DNA of 64,000 nt from an uncultured Cytophagia bacterium (GTDB taxonomy: Bacteria; Zhuqueibacterota; Zhuqueibacteria; Thermofontimicrobiales; Thermofontimicrobiaceae), in NCBI GenBank assembly GCA_964605145.1, contig CAZSBG010000006.1, forward strand, positions 28,788 through 92,787, read 5' to 3'. The position numbers were made by a program, and so were the translations under genes. Under the pieces are notes generated by a model. That model did no database searches and had not been told where the DNA came from. It worked only from the letters and a program-made list of their open reading frames with translations. Positions 52,451-62,093 of this stretch are shown piece after piece (within the stretch, counting starts at the first letter, position 1; every line of letters begins with the position of its first letter).

Positions 52451-53818
52451 TTATATACTGGCGATCTCGATTTTTCTCTCCAAAACAGATAAATCTTCTT
52501 TCACCGCTTTGTCATGTTTTCTGAGTTGATCGATAGTTTGAATTGCATGAACGACAGTGGAATGGTCTCTGCCTCCAAAATGTAAGCCAATTGTCTTCAG
52601 GGAATGATGTGTCATTCGTTTTGCCAGATACATGGATACTTGTCTTGCCAGAGCAATTTCTTTTTTACGGTTTTTTGCTCGGATGAGATCTTCCGGGATG
52701 GAATAATGTTCGCAGACAATTCGTTGAATTTCCTCAATACTCAAATTTCGCTTGGATCCCAGACTGAGATCTTTTAATACGCTTTTTGCCAGGTCTGTGG
52801 TGATATCTTTTCCCTGGAGCGAGGAAATTGCAAATAATCTGATCAGAGAACCTTCGAGTTCGCGAATATTTGATGTGATATTTGTTGCAAACAAATGGAT
52901 AATTTCCTGCGGAAGCCTGAGGTTGTTTTCTTCAGCTTTTTTCTGAAGAATTGCAATTCGGGTTTCAAGATCAGGAGGTTGAATATCCACAACTAATCCC
53001 CATTGGAAGCGGGATGTGAGTCTTTCTTCCATTCCTTTGAGTTCTTTAGGGGGACGATCTGAAGTGAGAACAATCTGTTTTCCTTTTTGATGCAAAGAGT
53101 TGAATGTATGAAAAAACTCTTCTTGGGTTCGCTCTTTGTTAGTAAAAAATTGAATATCGTCGACCAGAAGAATATCTACATTTCTATAATTGTTGCTGAA
53201 TTCAGTTGTCTTGTTATTTTGGATGGAGTCGATAAATTCGATTGTGAATTTCTCACTAGATACGTATAAAACCCGTTTGGCCAATCCTTCAATTTTGGTA
53301 TAGTTGCCAATTGCCTGAATGAGGTGTGTTTTTCCCAATCCAACTCCGCCGTAAATGACAAGCGGATTGAATGTGGTTTTACCCGGGGATTGCGATACAG
53401 CAAGGGAAGCAGCTCGGGCAAATTGATTATTGGCGCCTTCAACAAAATTTTCGAAAGTGTATCGTTCGTTGAGCTGACTTTCGAAATCGACATTATTGTA
53501 AATAGGTTTTTCCTGAACAGGAATCTTGATTGAATCGGAAGAACCGTTGATGACCTCAGGCTTGTCATTCACTACGATCGAGTAGAGCAATTCCGCATCA
53601 TCGCCAATCGTACGCTGCAATGCTCGATTAATTAATTCTTTGTAATGCGTCTCCAGAAATTCATAGAAGAACTGGCTCGGGATTTGAACTGTCAATTTGT
53701 TTTTATCTAAATTGACTGGCGTAATGGGCTTGAACCAGGTTATGAAAGTTTGATCGTTTAAATTCTCTTTTATGTTAGATAAGAATTTTGACCAGATGTC
53801 TACGCAATTGGGTGTCAT
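52451..53818 (-). CDS. dnaA: Chromosomal replication initiator DnaA
   Basis: AAA+ Walker A GGVGLGKTHL, sensor motifs, C-terminal DNA-binding domain (IGLHFGGRDHSTVVHA). Confidence 0.95.
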   Translation of the reverse strand: MTPNCVDIWSKFLSNIKENLNDQTFITWFKPITPVNLDKNKLTVQIPSQFFYEFLETHYKELINRALQRTIGDDAELLYSIVVNDKPEVINGSSDSIKIPVQEKPIYNNVDFESQLNERYTFENFVEGANNQFARAASLAVSQSPGKTTFNPLVIYGGVGLGKTHLIQAIGNYTKIEGLAKRVLYVSSEKFTIEFIDSIQNNKTTEFSNNYRNVDILLVDDIQFFTNKERTQEEFFHTFNSLHQKGKQIVLTSDRPPKELKGMEERLTSRFQWGLVVDIQPPDLETRIAILQKKAEENNLRLPQEIIHLFATNITSNIRELEGSLIRLFAISSLQGKDITTDLAKSVLKDLSLGSKRNLSIEEIQRIVCEHYSIPEDLIRAKNRKKEIALARQVSMYLAKRMTHHSLKTIGLHFGGRDHSTVVHAIQTIDQLRKHDKAVKEDLSVLERKIEIASI

Positions 53819-54429
53819 TGGGTATGCCTTTTTTGATTAGGGTGAAAAGTTGTCAACAAATTATTAACAATATTTCAGGGATGCTAATAATTTTAAAGTC
53901 CAATATTCTAAAAATACATAAATTAGAAATAAGCGTATATTTAATGTTATAATAATAAATATATTGTTTTAAATAAATAAAAATAAATAAGATAGAAAAC
54001 TTCAATAATTCAGGATGAAATATGAATACTATGATAAGTAAAAATGAGGATGGATTGGAAGTAATTTATAAAATATCAACATTGATAAATTGTCAACATT
54101 TTATAAATACATGCGCCCGATATCCCTTGCTTTAAATTTAGAAATTTTATTGCAAATGTCAAATAAAAAATTAAAAATGTAAAAATTTGTGACCGGAAAG
54201 AAATAATTACGATTATAATTATATAACGTTCATGTTTTTTAATGTGATAATGCCAAATATGATTAAAAACAGGAGGAAATCTTGATTACTTATCATACAA
54301 TTTTGGAGATGTCTCTTTTTGAATGGCACAAAAATAGCTTGACTTTTATTTAAAATTTTAATACTTTTATGAGATAATTTTTTGAAAGATCAGGTATTTT
54401 TTGGAATAAAAAATTGTGAGGATTTTGTA
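53819..54429. other. Very AT-rich divergent dnaA / rpmH intergenic region (promoters; possible DNA-unwinding element)
   Basis: ~610 bp of roughly 80% A+T with repeated TTGTCAACA and TGATAA motifs and no ORF. Confidence 0.4.
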
Positions 54430-54573
54430 ATGAAAAGAACATTTCAACCCAGCAGAAAAAAAAGAGCAAATAAACACGGTTTCAGAGAAAGAATGAGCAC
54501 GAAAAACGGCCGTATAATATTGAAAAGAAGAAGAGCTAAAGGCAGAAAAAAATTATCTGTTAGTGATGAATAA
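54430..54573 (+). CDS. rpmH: 50S ribosomal protein L34
   Basis: [44 protein letters not shown]. The track ORF includes 16 spurious upstream codons. Confidence 0.95.
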   Translation: MKRTFQPSRKKRANKHGFRERMSTKNGRIILKRRRAKGRKKLSVSDE

Positions 54574-54590
54574 AGTTGTTCGGTCTTTTT

Positions 54591-54941
54591 ATGGCTTTTC
54601 ACAAATTTAAAAGAAATGCCTTGCCGAAGAAGATAATTCTTCGCGGTAAAGAAAAATTTGATTTCATTTTTAAAAATGGCTCATCTTTGAAAGGCAGAAA
54701 TATAACAATTTTATTTGTCGAAAGTCAGACAGAAAAAGTTGGTTTTGTCGTATCTAAGAGAATAAAGGGAGCTGTTCAACGCAATTATTATAAAAGAATA
54801 CTGAGGGAAATTTATCGACAAAATAAAGAAAAGTTTCCAATTCAAAAAGAATTAATACTAATTGCCAAGGGAAGAGAAAAAAACGTTGCAATACTTAGGG
54901 GCGAAATTTTAAATTTATTGAAAAAAGAGTTCAATATATAG
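54591..54941 (+). CDS. rnpA: Ribonuclease P protein component
   Basis: Basic ~115-aa protein immediately after rpmH (RNR-like motif region KRIKGAVQRNYYKRILREIYR). The track start is TTG at 54576; the ATG at 54591 is preferred. Confidence 0.85.
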   Translation: MAFHKFKRNALPKKIILRGKEKFDFIFKNGSSLKGRNITILFVESQTEKVGFVVSKRIKGAVQRNYYKRILREIYRQNKEKFPIQKELILIAKGREKNVAILRGEILNLLKKEFNI

Positions 54942-54981
54942 TACGCTTTTAAAGGATTTGTCAATATATAGTATTTGATAT

Positions 54982-55191
54982 ATGAAATATGTACTAATGG
55001 CAGTCATAAAGTTTTACCAAAAGGCGATTTCGCCTTTTTTTTTACCATCATGTCGATTTGTACCAACTTGCTCAGAATATTCATATCAGGCATTAAAGAA
55101 ATATGGCTTCTTCAAAGGTACTGCTCTGGCTGTTTGGCGAATTTTACGATGCAATCCCTTCAATAAAGGCGGATACGATCCCTTGGTATAA
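54982..55191 (+). CDS. yidD: Membrane protein insertion efficiency factor YidD
   Basis: YQK.ISP..LP.SCRF.PTCSEYS..AL.KYG motif. Confidence 0.9.
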   Translation: MKYVLMAVIKFYQKAISPFFLPSCRFVPTCSEYSYQALKKYGFFKGTALAVWRILRCNPFNKGGYDPLV

Positions 55192-55220
55192 TTCAATTTT
55201 AATCGATATAGGATAATGTA

Positions 55221-57080
55221 ATGGATAAAAGAACTATTCTCGCGTTTGTTCTTATTGGTATTGTACTTCTGATTATGAGAACAGATTTTTATCGCGATCT
55301 CGTAATGCCGGAACAAAAAACGATTGTTTCAGAGTCTCTGCAGGATTCCACGTACAATGATAAAGAAACTTCATTGGCAGCTAAAACTGAAAAAGAAATA
55401 CCAGCAACGCAAGAAAATATTTCTCCAATAGCTTCTGAAGTAATGGACGAAAAAGAGAAAAATGACAAAACTTTTTTATTTTCAAATATTAATAACGATG
55501 TAATATACGATGAAGTTATTGTTGAAACTGAATTATATAAAGCCAGAATAAATCCAAAAGGTGCGGTGATATCAAGTTGGATTCTCAAAAATTATGAGTA
55601 CAAAGAGAATGAAAATGTTCAATTAATTAAAGACGCCGGTGTTGGAAATTTAGGACTATTTTTTATTATTGATGGGGATACGGTTTATACTTATGATTCC
55701 GTTTTCAAACCAAATAAAAAGAACGTTCTTTTCAGAAATAATCAAACCAGTGAAACTATAAAATTCACGCTGGATTTGAATGATAGACGTCAAATTATTA
55801 AAACATTTACATTTTTCAGAGATGAGTATATTGTTGATTTAAATATCGAAATGAAAGAAATTCCACTTCAATTTGATAATCATCAGTATTTTCTCGCATG
55901 GAATTCCGGATTGAAATATGCCGAACTGGATTATAATGGTTATGTTGACAAAGAAGATGTGAATAGTGCCAAAGCCTATATTTATCAGGGTGGAAGCAAA
56001 GAAGATTTATCCCTTCCAAATAAGCCCTATGAACATAAATCACGAGATGATTTCAGTGGAATTGTAGACTGGGCGGCAGTGCGGACGAAGTATTTTGCAA
56101 TGATTATTATTCCAGATAAAGAATATGATATTGAGCCCACCCTCAAAGGAAAAACGTCTCCACTTTACAAGAATCCAAATTTAAAAGACAGGGTTGAAAA
56201 AGATTATACGGTAATACTTAAATCGAATATTCCACCGACGAATCTCAATAATGTAAATCAAAATTTCAGAGTATACATCGGTCCATTGGATTATTCTATC
56301 ATTAAAAACTATCACCCAACTCTTGGCAAATTGATGGATTTTGGAATGTCCATTATTCGTCCGTTCGCTAAACTGGTATTAAAAAGTTTTGTCTTCTTAC
56401 ATGAATTCATTCCAAATTATGGTGTCGTCCTTATAGTTTTTTCAATTCTAATAAAAATATTAGTTTTTCCTCTGACCCGAAAAAGCTATGTTTCCATGCA
56501 AAAAATGCAAACGCTGCAACCAAAAATGAATGAGTTAAAAGAAAAGTATTCAAAAGATCCGCAGCGAATGAATAAGGAAACGATGAAATTATACAAAGAA
56601 GAAGGAGTGAATCCATTAAGCGGCTGTTTGCCAACATTGCTGCAATTGCCATTATTATGGGCGGTGTTTATTATTTTCAGAAATACAATTGAATTGAGGG
56701 GAGCAGAATTTGTATGGTGGATCAAAAATCTTTCAGCGCCGGATACCATATTTCAGTTACCGTTCTCAATTCCATTTTATGGTGATTTAGTCAATGTGCT
56801 GCCCATTGTGATGGGCGTATCCATGTTGATACAACAAAAAATGACCATGAAAGACCCAAAGCAAAAGGCGATGGTGTATTTCATGCCAATATTTTTTACA
56901 CTGCTTTTTAATTCATTTCCATCCGGCTTGAATTTGTATTATACCTTATTTAACTTTTTTACAATACTTCAACAAAAGTTTACTCACGAGAAAAAAGCTG
57001 AAGATGAACCTGAAGAGGTTCAAAAACCTGCAAAAAACGCAGGAAGAAAATTACAAAGTAATAAAAGGAAAAATAAGTAG
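55221..57080 (+). CDS. yidC: Membrane protein insertase YidC
   Basis: N-terminal TM, large periplasmic domain, conserved C-terminal 5-TM core (GCLPTLLQLPLLWAVF). Confidence 0.9.
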   Translation: MDKRTILAFVLIGIVLLIMRTDFYRDLVMPEQKTIVSESLQDSTYNDKETSLAAKTEKEIPATQENISPIASEVMDEKEKNDKTFLFSNINNDVIYDEVIVETELYKARINPKGAVISSWILKNYEYKENENVQLIKDAGVGNLGLFFIIDGDTVYTYDSVFKPNKKNVLFRNNQTSETIKFTLDLNDRRQIIKTFTFFRDEYIVDLNIEMKEIPLQFDNHQYFLAWNSGLKYAELDYNGYVDKEDVNSAKAYIYQGGSKEDLSLPNKPYEHKSRDDFSGIVDWAAVRTKYFAMIIIPDKEYDIEPTLKGKTSPLYKNPNLKDRVEKDYTVILKSNIPPTNLNNVNQNFRVYIGPLDYSIIKNYHPTLGKLMDFGMSIIRPFAKLVLKSFVFLHEFIPNYGVVLIVFSILIKILVFPLTRKSYVSMQKMQTLQPKMNELKEKYSKDPQRMNKETMKLYKEEGVNPLSGCLPTLLQLPLLWAVFIIFRNTIELRGAEFVWWIKNLSAPDTIFQLPFSIPFYGDLVNVLPIVMGVSMLIQQKMTMKDPKQKAMVYFMPIFFTLLFNSFPSGLNLYYTLFNFFTILQQKFTHEKKAEDEPEEVQKPAKNAGRKLQSNKRKNK

Positions 57081-57106
57081 TAAATAAGGAAGAAAATTAG
57101 AATATT

Positions 57107-57145
57107 ATCAAAAAGCCCTATCGTAATCTCTGGTGGGGCTTTTTA
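57107..57145 (+). terminator. Rho-independent terminator after yidC
   Basis: AAAAGCCC-17 nt loop-GGGCTTTT followed by T-rich sequence. Confidence 0.6.
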
Positions 57146-57157
57146 GGTGATAACTTA

Positions 57158-58543
57158 ATGATTTCATTTGATGAGCACACAATCGCTGCTATTTCAACGC
57201 CGCCTGGACATGGTGGAATCGCTATTGTAAGAATGAGCGGTCATGAAGCCATACCGATTGCTGATAAAGTTTTCAGGGGAAAAAGCAGTGTTCATGAAAT
57301 AGAACCCTGGAAAGCCATGCTTGGGAAAATTCATGATGGTGACGTTGTACTGGATGAGGTTGTATTAATTGTCTATAAAGCTCCATTTTCATACACGAAA
57401 GAAGATGTCGTTGAAATAAGTTGTCACGGCGGCGTGTATGTTTCACAACGAATTTTAGAATTATTACTTCATCATGGGGCCAGAATTGCAAATCCTGGCG
57501 AATTTTCTTTTCGGGCATTTATGAATGGTCGTCTCGATCTATCTCAGGTCGAGGCTGTTGGTACTTTAATTCAGTCAAAGACCGAATCCAGCATGCAGGC
57601 TTCACTGAGGCAGCTTGAAGGTTCCTTATCCTCAATGATTCATGAAATTCGAAATGAATTGATGGATTCATGTTCGTTGCTTGAACTGGAACTTGATTTC
57701 CCTGAAGAAGATGTTGAATTTGTAAATCGACAGGGTTTCATTGAACTGATTTTGAAAAGAGAACAGAAAATACAATATCTGATTCACACGTATAAATATG
57801 GAAGAATCGCCCGAGAAGGCGTGAAAGTTGTTATCGTTGGCAAACCAAATGTGGGAAAATCCAGTCTGTTGAACAGACTACTGAAAGAGGACAGGGCAAT
57901 CGTAACGGAATTGCCTGGGACTACACGGGACGTCCTTGAAGTGCAACTCGATTTAAATGGAATATTGTTTCGAATATTTGATACGGCCGGAATTGCTGCG
58001 ACGAAAAATTTAGTCGAGATGGAAGGAATATCTCGTGCCAAAAAAGTACTCGAATCAGCAGATATAGTTTTGCATGTTTGTGATGGATCGAATGATCTTG
58101 ATGAAGAAGATTTTGAAATTGTAGACCATTTGAATAATTTGACCGAAAAAAAAATCATTCGGATATTTAATAAATATGATTTGGTAGAAAAAAATGATTA
58201 TGAAGAATTGAACGACGACTCAATTTCCAAAGTCAAAATATCTGCAAAAACCGGGTTTGGAATCGATGCTTTGGAAAGAGAACTGAGTGATTCAGTGATA
58301 TTCGATAAAGAGAATATGTTGAATGAGGAAATAATCATCACGGAAGTTCGACATTTGGAACAATTGAAAGCAACTTTAGCGAGCTTGCAGAAAGCGAAAG
58401 AGCAGGCACAAAAAAACGTTTCATCTGAATTTATTGCTCTTTACCTCAGGGAAGCGCTCGATCATTTAGGTGAAATTATTGGCGTGGTATCAAGTGAAGA
58501 TATATTGAATAATATTTTTTCTAAATTTTGTATTGGTAAATGA
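57158..58543 (+). CDS. mnmE: tRNA modification GTPase MnmE
   Basis: TIAAISTPPGHGGIAIVRMSG N-terminus, G-domain GKPNVGKSSLLN, C-terminal CIGK. Confidence 0.95.
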   Translation: MISFDEHTIAAISTPPGHGGIAIVRMSGHEAIPIADKVFRGKSSVHEIEPWKAMLGKIHDGDVVLDEVVLIVYKAPFSYTKEDVVEISCHGGVYVSQRILELLLHHGARIANPGEFSFRAFMNGRLDLSQVEAVGTLIQSKTESSMQASLRQLEGSLSSMIHEIRNELMDSCSLLELELDFPEEDVEFVNRQGFIELILKREQKIQYLIHTYKYGRIAREGVKVVIVGKPNVGKSSLLNRLLKEDRAIVTELPGTTRDVLEVQLDLNGILFRIFDTAGIAATKNLVEMEGISRAKKVLESADIVLHVCDGSNDLDEEDFEIVDHLNNLTEKKIIRIFNKYDLVEKNDYEELNDDSISKVKISAKTGFGIDALERELSDSVIFDKENMLNEEIIITEVRHLEQLKATLASLQKAKEQAQKNVSSEFIALYLREALDHLGEIIGVVSSEDILNNIFSKFCIGK

Positions 58544-58565
58544 AATTGTTTCACGTGGAACAATT
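58541..58565. repeat. 25-nt motif TGAAATTGTTTCACGTGGAACAATT containing a near-perfect palindrome, copy 1, beginning at the mnmE stop codon
   Basis: Identical 25-mer at 60455-60479. Arms AATTGTT/AACAATT flank a CACGTG core. Confidence 0.8.
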
Positions 58566-58579
58566 GTCGAGATTTTGGT

Positions 58580-60457
58580 ATGGTACGTAATCAAGATAAA
58601 TATGATGTCATCATTGTAGGGGCGGGACACGCGGGCTGTGAAGCTGCGCTGGTTGCCGCGCGTATGGGAGCAAAGACCCTGCTCATTACGATGAATATAT
58701 CCACAGTGGCGCAGATGTCCTGTAATCCTGCCATTGGCGGCTTGGCAAAAGGACATCTGGTGCGGGAGTTGGATGCGCTTGGCGGTGAAATGGGAAAGGT
58801 GACCGATGCAACCGGAATTCAATTTCGAATGCTGAATAAATCCAAAGGCCCGGCTGTATGGTCTTTGAGGGCGCAGGCGGACAGACAGGAATATTCCGCT
58901 AAAATGCGGGAAGTATTGGAAAACCAGGAAAATCTGGATTTGCTGCAAAGCGAGGTTGTTGCTTTGCTCATAGATGCGAATAAGTGTGTCGGTGTAAAAA
59001 CATTCACCGGTTCTGAAATTTCGTCAAAATCGGTCATTCTTACGGCCGGAACTTTTTTGAATGGTTTGATTCATATTGGCATGTTTAGTTACGATGCTGG
59101 AAGATCAGGTGAGTTTGCTGCAAAAGGGTTGACAGAGAATTTGATGCAATTGGGATTTGTCGCAGGTCGTCTAAAAACCGGTACGCCGCCTCGAATCGAT
59201 GGAAAGTCTTTGGATTTTGAAAGCATGACAATTCAGCACGGTGATGAAAATCCCGTTCCCTTTTCATTTCATACCAAAGAATTAAAAGTCGATCAATTAC
59301 CTTGTTATTTAACAACGACAAATGAAAAAACTCATAAAATTATCAACTTTGGATTGGATCGTTCGCCATTATTTAGCGGAAAGATTATTGGTATTGGACC
59401 GAGATATTGTCCATCTATTGAAACAAAATTGGTGCAGTTTCCCGATAAAATTTCTCATCAATTGTATCTGGAGCCGGAGGGACGAAATACCACCGAGTAT
59501 TATTTGAACGGATTTTCAACAAGCTTGCCCGAGGATATTCAGATCAATGCATTGCAAACAATTCCTGGATTGGAGCGCGCAAAAGTGACGCGGTTAGGGT
59601 ATGCCATCGAATATGATTATTTTCCCTCGAATCAATTATACGCTTCGCTTGAAACAAAAATTATGGAAAATCTATATTTTGCCGGACAATTAAACGGAAC
59701 ATCAGGATATGAGGAAGCGGCTGTTCAGGGATTTATGGCTGCTGTGAATGCGGTTCGGAAAAATAACAATGAAAAGCCGATTGTATTGAATAGGTCTCAG
59801 GCATACATCGGCGTTTTAATCGATGATTTGATCACCAGAGACGTAAATGAACCATACAGGATGTTTACATCACTGGCAGAATACAGGCTATTATTGAGGC
59901 AGGATAATGCGGATTTGCGGTTGGGTGAAATAGGTTATAAATTGGGATTGAATTCATCAGAATATTATTCGAGGATTCAAAAAAAACAGAAATTGATAGA
60001 ACAATACATCTGCGAATTTAAAAATATAAGAGTATCGCCCGAGAAAGTCAATTCAATTCTTAAAAATAAAAAAACCTCTCCAATATCAGAAAAGGAGAGT
60101 GTGTATCAGTTGTTGAAAAGACCGGAAATGAAAATTCAGGATTTTGAAAAAAATTATAAAACGTCAATTTCTGATGCTGTTGAAAATGGACTGATGGATG
60201 AGGTGTTAGAGCAGGTTGAGATAGAAATAAAATATGAAGGTTACCTAAAGCGGCAAAATGAGCAAATCATTCGATATGAAAAAATGGAAAATAAATCCAT
60301 TCCAAATAATTTTAATTATAATCAAATTGGCTCGCTTTCAAATGAAGCAAGGGAAAAATTGAAAAGAGTGAAGCCTGCATCCATTGGCCAGGCATCGAGA
60401 ATTGCCGGGGTTTCGCCAGCAGATATTTCTATTTTATTGCTTCATCTTAAAAATTGA
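58580..60457 (+). CDS. mnmG: tRNA uridine 5-carboxymethylaminomethyl modification enzyme MnmG (GidA)
   Basis: FAD-binding YDVIIVGAGHAGCEAA N-terminus; 625 aa. Confidence 0.95.
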   Translation: MVRNQDKYDVIIVGAGHAGCEAALVAARMGAKTLLITMNISTVAQMSCNPAIGGLAKGHLVRELDALGGEMGKVTDATGIQFRMLNKSKGPAVWSLRAQADRQEYSAKMREVLENQENLDLLQSEVVALLIDANKCVGVKTFTGSEISSKSVILTAGTFLNGLIHIGMFSYDAGRSGEFAAKGLTENLMQLGFVAGRLKTGTPPRIDGKSLDFESMTIQHGDENPVPFSFHTKELKVDQLPCYLTTTNEKTHKIINFGLDRSPLFSGKIIGIGPRYCPSIETKLVQFPDKISHQLYLEPEGRNTTEYYLNGFSTSLPEDIQINALQTIPGLERAKVTRLGYAIEYDYFPSNQLYASLETKIMENLYFAGQLNGTSGYEEAAVQGFMAAVNAVRKNNNEKPIVLNRSQAYIGVLIDDLITRDVNEPYRMFTSLAEYRLLLRQDNADLRLGEIGYKLGLNSSEYYSRIQKKQKLIEQYICEFKNIRVSPEKVNSILKNKKTSPISEKESVYQLLKRPEMKIQDFEKNYKTSISDAVENGLMDEVLEQVEIEIKYEGYLKRQNEQIIRYEKMENKSIPNNFNYNQIGSLSNEAREKLKRVKPASIGQASRIAGVSPADISILLLHLKN

Positions 60458-60479
60458 AATTGTTTCACGTGGAACAATT
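60455..60479. repeat. 25-nt palindromic motif copy 2, beginning at the mnmG stop codon
   Basis: Exact repeat of 58541-58565. Confidence 0.8.
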
Positions 60480-60498
60480 TCCAGAATGATCAATCAAT

Positions 60499-61170
60499 AT
60501 GAAAGAATTAGATTTAGTTGAAGATTTTTTTCAGGATATCGGTAGAGCGTTCTCACCTGAAATTAAAAAACAACTTATTCAATATTTGGACCTGTTGTGT
60601 GCGTGGAACTCAAAAATAAACCTGGTATCCCGATTTGACAAATCCAATTTAATTAAACGGCATGTTTTAGAGTCACTTTTAATTTTGGAAGCAATCGATT
60701 TTCCAGACGGATCAAAAATTGTGGATGTCGGGAGCGGTGGAGGTTTTCCTGGTATACCGCTTTCAATATGCTGCAGCAAATCCCATTTTTCATTAGTTGA
60801 GTCGAAAAGAAAAAAAACATTATTTTTGAAAGAGGTCGTGTCTCAATTGGACTTGAAAAATGTGGATGTACATAATGACAGGCTCGAAAAGTTTGTTGAA
60901 GTGACGCAATGGCAGCAATATTTTGATTTCGGATTAAGTCGTGCAGTAGCTGACTTAGATGTGGTTTTTCGGTCGGTAAAAAATCTTTTAAAACCACAGG
61001 GTGTGTATGTTGCCTGGAAAGGTGGGAATATTCAATCAGAGATAGAAAATATCAAATCTGAATTTTCTAATATATTTATAAAAACAATTCAAATGAATGA
61101 ACGATATGTTAATAAAAATCTAAATAGGTGTTTTGTAGCTGTTTTCAGGAAGCAAAATGGAGGAATATAA
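60499..61170 (+). CDS. rsmG: 16S rRNA (guanine527-N7)-methyltransferase RsmG (GidB)
   Basis: IVDVGSGGGFPGIPL SAM-binding motif. Confidence 0.9.
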   Translation: MKELDLVEDFFQDIGRAFSPEIKKQLIQYLDLLCAWNSKINLVSRFDKSNLIKRHVLESLLILEAIDFPDGSKIVDVGSGGGFPGIPLSICCSKSHFSLVESKRKKTLFLKEVVSQLDLKNVDVHNDRLEKFVEVTQWQQYFDFGLSRAVADLDVVFRSVKNLLKPQGVYVAWKGGNIQSEIENIKSEFSNIFIKTIQMNERYVNKNLNRCFVAVFRKQNGGI

Positions 61171-62083
61171 ATTGGCCCAAAATTTATTTGATGAACTGAA
61201 AAATCTTGTTACAGAGAAAGTCAATCCAGAAACACGCGATATCGATTCCAAAAATATTGAAGAGATTCTCAGGATAATTAATAATGAGGATAAAAAAATT
61301 CCCCATATTGTCGAAAAGGAGATTCCTTATATTGAAAAGGCTGTGGAAATAGTGGTATCAGCATTTAAACAAGGTGGGCGATTAATTTATGTTGGCGCAG
61401 GGACAAGTGGCAGACTCGGGGTGTTGGATGCTTCTGAATGTCCGCCAACTTTTGGTACGAATCCTGAAATGGTGCAGGGTATCATTGCCGGCGGTTTTGC
61501 TGCGTTGGTAAGTGCCCAGGAAGGCGCTGAAGATAAAAAAGAAGTTGGCGCTGAGGATTTGATGGCTTTAAATTTCAATAAAAATGATGTGGCATGTGGT
61601 ATAGCCGCCAGCCGAAGAACACCGTATGTTATCGGTGCCATCGAAAAGGCACGGGAAATTGGGGCGAAAACAATTTATGTAACGTGCACTCCCAGGGAAG
61701 AAATGAATTTAAATGTAGATGTGTCTATTTGTCCGGTCGTCGGACCTGAGGTGATAATGGGTTCCACACGCATGAAGTCAGGCACTGCGCAGAAGTTGGT
61801 ATTGAATATGATTACCACATCATCCATGATTCGGTTGGGAAAAGTATATGGAAATATGATGGTCGATCTGCAGATGACTTCTAAAAAACTGGAAGAACGA
61901 TCGAAAAGAACTGTAATGTTGGTGACTGGTGTTGATTATGAAAAAGCAGCGGAAGTTTTAAACGAAGCAGGCGGTCATGTAAAAACAGCGTTGGTCATGA
62001 TATTAAAAGAAGTGAATAAAGAGACCGCACAGGAACACTTAAAACTGGCGAATGGGTTCGTTCGCGGCGCTCTGAAAATATAA
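61157..62083 (+). CDS. murQ: N-acetylmuramic acid 6-phosphate etherase MurQ
   Basis: SIS domain; GRLIYVGAGTSGRLGVLDASECPPTFG and GSTRMKSGTAQKLVLNMITT motifs. Confidence 0.9.
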   Translation: MEEYKLAQNLFDELKNLVTEKVNPETRDIDSKNIEEILRIINNEDKKIPHIVEKEIPYIEKAVEIVVSAFKQGGRLIYVGAGTSGRLGVLDASECPPTFGTNPEMVQGIIAGGFAALVSAQEGAEDKKEVGAEDLMALNFNKNDVACGIAASRRTPYVIGAIEKAREIGAKTIYVTCTPREEMNLNVDVSICPVVGPEVIMGSTRMKSGTAQKLVLNMITTSSMIRLGKVYGNMMVDLQMTSKKLEERSKRTVMLVTGVDYEKAAEVLNEAGGHVKTALVMILKEVNKETAQEHLKLANGFVRGALKI

Positions 62084-62093
62084 AGATTAAGAT

